A DNA stretch of 64,000 nucleotides from Octopus sinensis (taxonomy: Eukaryota): the NCBI RefSeq assembly GCF_006345805.1, contig NC_042998.1, positions 164,238,001-164,302,000 on the forward strand, given 5' to 3'. The notes below the pieces were generated by a model. The model was not told where the DNA came from and searched no databases. It saw nothing but the letters and a program-made list of their open reading frames with translations. The position numbers were made by a program, and so were the translations under genes. Each line of letters opens with the position of its first letter. Position 1 is the stretch's first letter. Positions 54,301 to 64,000 of this stretch are shown here, one piece after another.

Positions 54301-56537
54301 CTACTCTCTAAGTCCCCTCGTTGACACCACCTGCACTAGGGATCATCGCATTTTTTCACTAACGCTCGATGCAAGCTGACACGCTCATCAACTTTCTTGT
54401 TGTTACAGTGTTGATGGTAGCATGTGACGTTGCGCAAGATAATTAGTCTTTTTGGAAATAAATATTTTTGTTTTCCATAAAACGAATGAAGAAAAAAGAA
54501 GGTTAGAGATCTCGCTTTGATCGTAATTTAACTCGGAGACCCTTCAGTGCGTGTCAGCTCGACCTCCCAACAGACACTTGACTGCACACTTCGGGGATAA
54601 ATAAAACAAAACGAAGATCTCTTGTCATCCACCACTGTGCCAACCAAATACTTTTTTAACGGAGCCATAGTGGAAGTAGGCCACAAGGTAGTCACTCGAT
54701 TAGCTTGGAATAGGAACCAAATTTCCATCAAATTACTTTATCACTTTAAAAGAAGGATGTATTGGGTAATGTTCTGGATTTTGTTTTTCCTTACGCTTAG
54801 TCAGAAAAGGAAAGATAGTGCCCATGATAACGTGTGTGCGCGCGCGTATTCTTAATAATGGGAACAGACTTTTAAGGTCTAATTTTTGTCTTATTTCCTA
54901 ATATTTGATACGGTGGACATACTCATCGAAACCGGTAATATATATATATATATATATATATATAAGGAAAGGAAAATATATATAGTGGATTGAGAGGCAG
55001 ACTGCTAGGTAGGGTTTACACTTCTAGAGGGTTTGATCTAAATCTGTGTTTAGGGGCAGCGTACAAGAGTTTGGCCTATTAAGTCGTCTGCCAGCTCCCC
55101 AATCGACCCTAGCACCATCGACAGTAGTGAGATGTATGTATAAGGCTGCTGAGGCTAGTGAGAAGCAGGTTTTTAAAATCATCTTCAAACTGGGAGATGC
55201 GTCCTAAAAGCTTGCAATAAAGTGATTTTCGCTAAAGGCGCCCCAAGGACAGTGGCCGTGTTAAACCAGCCGATGGATTGTTTTACCATTCAAGAACTCA
55301 GTGAAATGGTTAGCGCGTCGAACGAGATAGGTTGTTTCAGTTCTAACACATCTCCGCCCTGGACTGGTGGTGGCGATGCTTTATTTTATCCTTCTCCAAA
55401 GAATGTAATGCGAAGTTGACGTCGGCTGTATTTGCAATGGTGTACAGAGCCAGAACAACGCATTGTGTTCTAGCTCTGAAAGAAGCGGAATGGTTGATGC
55501 CTGGAAGACGCTTTTCATCAAGCTCTACTCAATCAGAGCATGATTGCTGTTAAGCTACGCAACAATACATTTTAGTCGTGCCTGTTGAAGGTTCTCCCTT
55601 GTAACAGCTTAGCAACGTTTTTGTATTCTTTCTTAACCATTAACCCAATAGTTCTCTAGGAAATTCTCGGGGTGTGCAAATAACATTCACATTAAAATAC
55701 TTCATTTTCACGTAAAAAGTAGCTTCTTGGTGTTGTTGCCGTCGTTGTTGTGATTATCAGAGTTAACAAGGATTTTTGGAAAATATAGTAAGTGCAGTCT
55801 TTCGTGAAAGCAGCGGATGTTTCAGCCTTGAAAGACCTCTTCAACGAAACATTCTACTCTCCATTGCAAAACTATTTGTAATCAATGCATATGGAAATAG
55901 TTTAGAAGTTAGTTTTTCAAGCATGTAGTCTCAGGTTCAGTCTCACTTGATTAAGCAAGTATCTTGTATTATAACACTGGATCGAATAAAGCCTTCTATG
56001 TGGATTTGGTTGAAAGAAACCTGTATTATGTAAGTATATTTGAGTGTGTTAGTGTCTACATGCATAGGCATCACGCAGCATACATACATATAACAAAAGA
56101 ATGAGCGTCACTTTGGTAGAAATAGTAAATCCTTTCTGGTCTTCCGTGAAAACATAGGCTACCATGGGGGGAATATTACCTTGCTCGGATACAAGTGAGA
56201 GTTGGCGATAGGAAGGGTATCCGTTCTTTAAAAAAAATTTTTTCCACGCATCTCGTCCGACAATGGAAGTCATGTAAATGGACGATAAAACATGATGATG
56301 GTGATATATTAGTTCTAACAATGTACGATTGTATTTCTTGTCGGTCCTCAAGCTCTGATTACCATGTTTTTACCATTTCGCTTCACACGTTATGTGTGAC
56401 TGCGTGTGTGCTGTTTGAGGCAGAACTGACTGTTGTTTCCAGTAGGGCGAGACTGCGTAGAGGTTTTTGCCACATTGGCTCGATGCGGAAGGTTAATGTT
56501 ATATTGTGATATATATATATATATATATAAATTATAG

Positions 56538-56920
56538 TAAATTAGAGACAAAACCACTATTATGCAAATCAAACAAAGAAAGACTTAAGCCAATACATAA
56601 AATAATTTATATAAATTAAAATTTAACAATTATAAATAACCACTACGATCGTTTCGTGTCAGCACATCTTTGAGACATTCTTCAGGTGGTTTCAAAACCT
56701 TCTTGGCGAGTTTTAAACCACCTGGTTATTTATTATTGTTAAATTTTAATTTATATAAATTATTTTATGTATTGGCTTAAGTCTTTCTTTGTTTGATTTG
56801 CATAATAGTGGTTTTGTCTCTAATTTAATATAATATAATATTTTACTATAAAATTGGATTCAATCCTAAATCTGATTTTTCCCTGTAAATTTGGGTTTAT
56901 TCCCTAATATCTATTATTAT

Positions 56921-56925
<5 letters not shown>
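56538..56925. mobile_element. Penelope-like, ORF-less fold-back element in (TA)n with an internal hammerhead
   Basis: 105-bp inverted arms 56538-56642 / 56723-56827 (one mismatch), 80-nt spacer containing the ribozyme, ~100-bp tail, (TA)n on both sides. Confidence 0.8.
56638..56691 (-). ncRNA. Minimal type I hammerhead ribozyme, complete core
   Basis: Minus strand AACCAC CUGAAGA AUGUC UCAAAGAUGUGCU GACAC GAAA CGAUCG UA / GUGGUU: 6-bp stem I, exact core, 4-bp stem II (A10.1-C11.1 mismatch), palindromic stem III ACGAUCGU, GUA site (between 56644 and 56643). Confidence 0.85.
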
Positions 56926-56953
<28 letters not shown>

Positions 56954-57512
56954 TTGATAATGCTTGGAATTTTTATAATTCTAGAAGCTTTGATATTATT
57001 CCAGTATCTTTAGAGCGTTTGAGCATATAAAATAGCACACACACACACACACACACAAACTAGGTCTAACTATGTTATATCCAATGTTATCACCGCCATG
57101 TGCACCACCACCACCACCACCGCCGCCGCAGCCATCTCTACCACCCGTCGGCTATTGTTTGTCATTACATTCGACTAGCTTGTATTAATAATGGTTTTGA
57201 TACGAAACATTGCATTCGACATGTTGGAAATGCCGTAATTTCCTCTGCTGTAAAAACCTTCAGTCTATCCATGGCACACACACACACACACACACACATA
57301 CACACACACGATTTGCCGTTTGTGGTGGTTGTTTATGATTGTGATGATGATGGTTGAGGCTGCTGTTAGTAGTTGTGGTGGTGGTGGTGATGCTGCCGTT
57401 GTTGGCTAGGTGTTTTCACGACGGGTGGGTAACGGCACAAACACACTCACACCGTTGACTGCAATTTCCTGTATATAAAACCCTTACAGACTTATCAGCG
57501 TTAAAATGTAGT

Positions 57513-57514
<2 letters not shown>

Positions 57515-57558
<44 letters not shown>

Positions 57559-57580
57559 GTGATGATGATGATGATAATGG
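57515..57580. repeat. (TAA)n/(GAT)n microsatellite
   Basis: Direct reading. Confidence 0.95.
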
Positions 57581-58286
57581 AATTAATAAATTAAAAAAAA
57601 TGAAAGAAAACAAGCAAAATTGATTCTAACCTCTGGATATGTAGCTGATATGAAAATAATGTTTCGTTTTTTGGTCTTGGTATATTTCTTTTTTTTTTTT
57701 TTTTTTTTTTTTTACTATTCATTCATTTATTTTATTTCGTATATTTTTAGTTTTCTACTTTAAGTTGAGGTTAGAGCGGTGGTTGAGGGGCCAGACGGAG
57801 GTAAGAGAAGAAACATGTGTGTGTATGGTTATATAGCCCTAATCATTACATGTTATTATTACTCCCCGCCACCAATTCTCGTAGTTTCTTATGTATAACC
57901 TGTGGCTGTATATAGGATACTACATTTAGTGTGAGATTGTTTGTTCTTATTTTTAGAAAGAACGCAAAAGTAAAAATAAAAAATTAAGCACAAACAAGCA
58001 GTAACCAAAAACAAAACACAGCCACAAAGAAAAAGATAGTTACTGTGTGAAGGAAATAAAGTTATTCATCTTACATAATGATGAAGTTGATGCTGGTAAT
58101 GGTGATGATGCTAGAAGAATTATTAATCATACTGGTGATGATGTCGTTTTGGTTGATGTGTAATGCGCTCTTACAACATGTTTGGAGTAATTAAATATCT
58201 ATTTTGGAAGGGAAGGTCTTGTCATTGTTGAACTACTGTATGTAATTAAAAGAGGAGACTTTTTGTCTTTTAGCAATGAACATCGC

Positions 58287-58318
<32 letters not shown>

Positions 58319-58519
58319 TTTGTACGGTACGGGAGCGCGCATGTAGTTCATTCTTCATCGTATTTCTGTGTTCGTTCCCAGCTTTACGCTTCCTCTCTCT
58401 CCCTCTCTCTCTCCCTCTCTCTCTCTCCCTCTCTCTCTCTCTTTGATGTCATGATCGGCAGATTTCTATTCTGTGTGATCTGTCTACAAAATAATTTATA
58501 ATTAATTAATAATAATAAT

Positions 58520-59262
58520 CTTTCCTACTATAGGCACAAGGCCTGGATTTTGTGGGGAGGGAGACAATCACATCGACCCTTGTACTCCACTGGTACTTAT
58601 TTTTTCGACCCCAAAAGGATGACAGGCAAAGTCAACCTCGGCAGAATTTGAACTCAAAACGTTGCGGCAGATGAAATACTGCTAAGCATTTCGCCCGGCG
58701 TGCTAACGATTCTGCCAGCTCGCCGCCTCCATGATAATAATAATAATCTTTACTGTAAACACAAAGCCTGAAATTTGGGAGAAAAAGAATTAAGTTGATT
58801 ACATCGATTCCAGTGCGTAACTGTTACTTATTTAATTGACCCCCGAAAGGATTAAAGGCAAAGTCGATCTCGGCAGAATTTGAACTCAGCAGTATTTCTC
58901 CTGGCGTGCTCACGTTTCTGCCAGCTCGCCGCCTTCGATGATAATAAAGATTTCAAATTTTGACACAAGGCTAGCAATTTCGGTGGGGCGGTGAGATGAG
59001 TCGGTTACATCGATCCACAGTGTTCAATTGGTACTTATTCTATCGAGCCTGAAAGGAAAAGTGGACCTCGGTGGAATTTGAACCCAGAACACAAAGACGG
59101 AAGAAATGGCGCTAACTATTCTGCGACCTCGTTTCCTTTAATAATAATAATAATAATAATCCTCATTTTGGCACAAGGCCAGCAAATTTGAGGCTGATGA
59201 AGTCGATTAGATCGATCCCGAACTTGACCTCGGCAGGTTTTGAACTCGGGGCGATAAGGACT
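58520..59262 (-). mobile_element. Array of four same-orientation SINE family B copies separated by (ATA)n
   Basis: Copies at ~58520-58730, 58750-58936, 58955-59130 and 59160-59262, each starting with a cacaa(g/a)gc tail after (ATA)n. Confidence 0.85.
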
Positions 59263-60322
59263 GAAAGGAATATAGTAAGGTACTATTTGATATTCTAACG
59301 ACAATATACTCTTTTACTCTTATTTTTTTTTTAGTTATTTGACTGTGGGCATGCTGGAGCACCGCCTTTAGCCGAACAAATCTACCCCAGGACTTATTCT
59401 TTGTAAACCTAGTACTTATTATTCTGTGAAATCCCACAATATTCCAAGCTTTAAGGCCTCATAATGTTTGTGTTTTTAGGTTTAGTTTTGATTTATCCAA
59501 AATGTAGCGTGAAAATATTGTGTGACAGAGAATTTGATCCCTGAAAAAATAAAAAACAAAGTCGGGTTTGACTTGGATTTGAACTCAAAAATTAAATGTT
59601 AATAGGCTAAAATATATGGTAAAGCAAATTTGTCCGGCGTTTTACTAATTCTGCCGTGGCAGTGACTTCTAAGCCGAGGACCACATTCAGGAAGGTGTCA
59701 CAAACAAAGGCGTATTTAAATCGATTCCAGTACTTAGCCGGTTCCATATTTTATCGGACTCTGAAATTTGGGTGGATGGAAGAGGGAGAAAAAAGACACG
59801 CAGTCCGAACTACGGCTATAATATATCTCCAAAGTTTTACTGTAGATGTTGGCGATGGTGTTAATTTATTTTTATCTACGGCTGTACTTCAAATTTGCTG
59901 TAATACCATTTCGTGTTAGAATTTGTGAACAGAATCTGTAATTCACACCTCAGAATTCTCTCTGGTTAGCAACAAACTCTCATCAATCATTCTGTGTCAA
60001 ATACAAGCTTCTGCGCAAAACAGTCTCTTACATGCTAAGTTGTACGGGTTTTGTTGATGAAATTTTTCTTCTGTTATTTATTTATTTGTTTGGGTTTTTT
60101 TTTTCCTTCTGTATGTAATTTATTTATTTATTTATTTTTTATACGTGTTAAACTAAGGAAGTAATTTGTCACACGCCACATAACCTCTAAAAAGAAAAAA
60201 AAATGGTTGGGAGGGAGAAGAAATGAGCTTGTCAAGGTTTCTCGCGTATCCGAAAGCCAGGCCTGTTGACTGTCACAAAAAATGTCTTCTACAAAGTGCT
60301 GCTTCTAAATGTTGATAAAGTG

Positions 60323-60353
<31 letters not shown>

Positions 60354-61089
60354 TTGATTTTATTTTTAAACGCTCACATCAGATTTGCTTGAATAGGCTA
60401 ATGCTCAAAGACAACCTAACTGTGACCATCCCGTCTTTTTTGTTTTGTTAAGTTCTCTTTCCAACTATATGGTTCCAGGTCAGGATCCACTGCGCAGCAC
60501 ATGAGGTCAGTGTCTTCCAACATAGAAGACGCACGCAGACCTCGTGGCTAAGTGAAACTTCGTTTCTGTGAACTGTACGGAAGCCTCTGTGTGTGTGTGT
60601 GTGTTTTCAAGGTTTACTTATAATTTGCAAAATATTTCATTAATCTTTCGGCCATTGAGTCACTTCGAAACTTTTGCCGAACACACACACACATGTATGT
60701 ATGCATGCATGTATGTATGTATAAACTTTACTTTGTCTATCTCGGTTCCACTTCACTGTACTGGGAGATTTAGTTTATTTCTTTATCAATTTTTTTCCAC
60801 TTTTCTGTCCTTCAGACAAGCAGTTCAGAGAGAAGTGTGTGCGCGTGCGCCCGTTAAAATACAAGAAAGTGTTGGGTAGTGGGAACAATAGAAGCGCAAG
60901 CGTGTAACATATTTCTCTATATTATAATTTATATGCTGAAATTAACCATTTCATACTAGGGGTCCACCCAGTAGGCTGTGTACCATTTGGTGCCGAGCCT
61001 CACAAAAAGAATATATTTAAACATTTTGTTGCTATTCTATTGAGTATCGTAGTCTGTAGGGTGTTTTTTTTTGTTTTTTTTTTTCATTA

Positions 61090-61426
61090 TCTATTATATA
61101 AAATCCGTTGTCTGTCTGTCTCTGTGTGTGTGTCTACTAGGATCTCGGGTAACATCCATCCGATTGCGCTCAAATTTGATATGTAGATACCGACGATATC
61201 AGGGCGTGTATAAGTCTTGAAAAAATTACAAAAATCGATTCCAGTGAATAAAATCGTTTTTCTTTGGAATAGAAAAAAGTCTATCTTTATTTCTTCTTTT
61301 GCTGGTGCCTCAAATTTAGGTTAAATCAGTGTTTCTCTGGAACAGTTGGACAAGTTATTTTGAGAAAATTTGGTTTAAATGTTTGACAACTCAGCACCGT
61401 CCATTGGACGGGGGGCGTTTTGCTCG
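61090..61426 (+). mobile_element. Non-autonomous Helitron (second family)
   Basis: A|TCTATTATATAAAATCCG start, (GTCT)n tract, 3' hairpin ccgtcc-att-ggacgg followed by CTCG|T (decayed CTAG). Confidence 0.65.
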
Positions 61427-62477
61427 TATATGTAATATATATGTATATTATATATGTGATAATTAAATTATATATGAAACACTTTGTGTTTGGTTATGCC
61501 CGTGATTCCTCGATCCGTGGGAAAATTGTCTTGTACAAAGCCCAGTCCGTAGAGCTAAACAATGGCAGATATAGTAACGGTGACAATTTACGTTTTTGAA
61601 ATTAAGGGTTTGTCAATGTTCAATTACTGCAGTTTGTGTGACAGCTGCGATACATATTTTAGCTGCATGCAGGCAGGAATCATTGCATGCCGATGAAATG
61701 TCTAGATGTCTTGGAGCGCTTCTGTTACAATGATATCAAGTTAGCTGCTTTGTTGTTTGTCTTCTCGTCTTTCTTCTCCTCTTGCCCTTTCGTTATATAC
61801 CATATCCACACTGTCATTTATCTTCTCCCGTTTTTATCTCCCTTCTTTCTCCTTCCTCAGTTTTCACATCCCTGTTTTGCCATTCTCTTTTTCATTCACA
61901 TTTTCACTTGCTCTTTCTCACCTGTCTTTTCTATCTCCATATATCTTTATTTTTCTTTTAATGCTTTTTGAATGAGTAAAACAGTTGGGTTAAGTTTATA
62001 TGCGTGTATGCGTAAACATGTTTTCCATGATGATGATGTTATTTTGCTCCAAGTCAAGCTCGATGGAGCAGACCTTCGGTCAAAGGCATTCTAGCAGAGC
62101 ACTTTTTTTTAATATGCACTATGAATCGAAGATTGCAATATCCTATGTGATTTTAAGAAGTCGAGTAGTGGTGTATAATTTGAGGAAAATTTGGCTACTA
62201 ATTTTAGCAAAAAAGCGCAATCATGTTGAGGATTGCTCGTTTGCCCTAGTTTATCTTGAGGGGTGTCGTGTGATGTAATAGGAGTATACTTCATTTTCTC
62301 CATTTTCCTATCTATTCCTTCTGATGGTGGCCATATTTGTGACAAAGAAATGTTTGAACTCTGTCCTATCTCTACATCTGTTGTTACCGTTCACTAATCT
62401 TTTCGTATATCCTTCGGCAATGTTTAAAATTGCTGGCCTTGCGCCAAAATTTGAAGCCATTATTATTATTGATATTT

Positions 62478-62615
62478 TGGTGTTAGTAAGGGCATCCAGC
62501 TGTAGAAACCATACCAAAACAGACATGGAACCCGGGCAGCTCTTCAGCTGACCAGCTCCTCTCAAACATTCCAACCCGTGCAAGCATGGAAAACAGGCGT
62601 TAAATGATGATGAGA
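62478..62615 (+). mobile_element. RTE-related 3' tail fragment
   Basis: aagggcatccagctgtagaaacc...aggcgttaaatgatgatg. Confidence 0.75.
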
Positions 62616-63544
62616 TGAGAAAGCGTTTTAATAATACTCAAGTGTTGACTGCATTATTGATTAGTCATTGGATTGTGTTCGTAGTGGGACAACGCCTGCA
62701 AAGATTCAGTCACTCGTATCAACGCCAGTATTCATTTTTTGTTGTTGTTTTTTTTTCTTTGAAGTCCGGTCCTTATTTCATCGGGACGTAAGCAAACATC
62801 ACCGATTGCTAAAGCGGTGTAAATATTAGTAAAGGCATTCAAGTCGTGACCATCCAGTGTTTTGCCCAAGCACAGATCATTCATGATCATATTACTCAAT
62901 GTACCTTGCTAATATGTGATTTGAGAGGTGTTTGTTTTCCCGTAAGTAGACGTAGAAATTCCATCATTTGTACCTTTCCGTATAATGACTATGCACATAA
63001 TAGGATCTGGGTGTTGCAGAATGATGTTTAATTCTGGCAACAAAATTATGTTGACCACATATGCAGACGGTTTGGATCTTTCTGTTTTATCTACGATCCC
63101 TTTCAAATGTAGGTCAAGTCGTTATTTCGACCCGGTAGAGTCTTGATCGGTGTGTTTCAACATAACGTTTTCTCTGTTATTTGGATTTAGTGTATCAAAT
63201 TAAAGGTTACATTTCCATTTTTTTTTCTTTTAATTATTTTTAAGGCAGTTTTGTCTCATTTGACGAAGTTAGGGCTGCTTTTGAGTAACTTCGTAGGACT
63301 TTTGTTGTCATAATTGGGGTGAATGCCGAATGTAAATATAAATTATCAAGTAACTCAAATCCTTCTCTTAGTTGGAACAGGAAAACAAAACCTAGGGTCT
63401 TGGGTCCAAGAAAGAGGGAGATAATTTTAAGAAATTGAGAATTAATCATTCAAAGCTACATGAAAGGAATTTCTGATCTAACCCTCTAAATGACATATTT
63501 TGGTCCAATTGACCTCAGCTGCAAAATATAGTCTACTCAATCGT

Positions 63545-63760
63545 GTTATCATTATCGTTTAACGTCTGTCTTCCATGTATGCATGGCTAGGACGGTTGAC
63601 AGGAACCGGCGAGGTAGAAGACTGCCCCAGACTACTTCGTCTGTGACGGCAGGGTTTTTACGGCTGGATGCCCTTCCTACCACCAACCACTCTACAGAGT
63701 GGACTCAGTGCTTTTTTTACGTGGCGTGGTTTTTACAGCTGGATGCCCTTTCAACTGCTG
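63545..63760 (-). mobile_element. RTE-related 3' tail fragment
   Basis: atcgtttaacgtc...ggctggatgcccttcctaccaccaacc, with a partial internal repeat. Confidence 0.75.
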
Positions 63761-63767
63761 GTCTATG

Positions 63768-63826
63768 AGGTTACCCAGGGTTTCACGTTCACAAAGCGCT
63801 TAGCTTTACAGCATATCTTCAGACCC
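63768..63826 (-). ncRNA. Minimal type I hammerhead ribozyme, complete core
   Basis: Minus strand GGGU CUGAAGA U AUGCUGUAAAGC UAAGC GCUUUGUGAACGU GAAA CCCUGGG UA / ACCU: 4-bp stem I (one G-U), exact core, wobble-rich stem II, quasi-palindromic stem III ACCCUGGGU, GUA site (between 63772 and 63771). Confidence 0.6.
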
Positions 63827-64000
63827 TAATGGCCGGTGGCTTATTACCTCTTGAAGAGAGGTAATATCTAATCTTTATCTAATTACGCTACTTCTTTATA
63901 ACTTAAAGAGTGCTTCTCTTTTGGATTTATGATTTACTGGCGATATATATTATAGTGATGAATTATAACAGGGAGCAGCAAAATTTACACTGTTAGTGGG

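Noticed and set aside
58520-59262. Regularly spaced repeats resembling a CRISPR-like array
   Set aside because: The units are ~200-bp diverged SINE copies in eukaryotic DNA, with no short constant repeats or unique spacers.

Overview
AT-rich eukaryotic DNA full of microsatellites and repeats. The SINE repertoire points to a coleoid cephalopod, most likely Octopus (inference from recalled repeat families, not a database search). The only host coding sequence I can support is one internal exon (4605-5080, +) of a Repulsive Guidance Molecule (RGM/hemojuvelin family) gene with the GDPH autocleavage site. Its 3' exon is not in the window, so the remaining ~59 kb is probably one large intron. That region holds tRNA-derived SINEs, RTE LINE remnants, hAT, mariner and piggyBac-type MITEs, and Helitron/Helentron-type elements. 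The most notable signal is a set of short ORF-less elements next to (TA)n tracts. They carry minimal type I hammerhead ribozymes with palindromic stem III (Penelope-like type): three look complete (37143-37194, 56638-56691, 63768-63826, all on the - strand) and several are disabled. Related fold-back palindromes include a 163-bp-arm palindrome at 42916-43246 that pivots on a hammerhead stem II. There is also a sharp change from CpG-depleted to CpG-rich DNA near 11-12 kb. Repeat boundaries were read by eye and are approximate unless arm coordinates are given.
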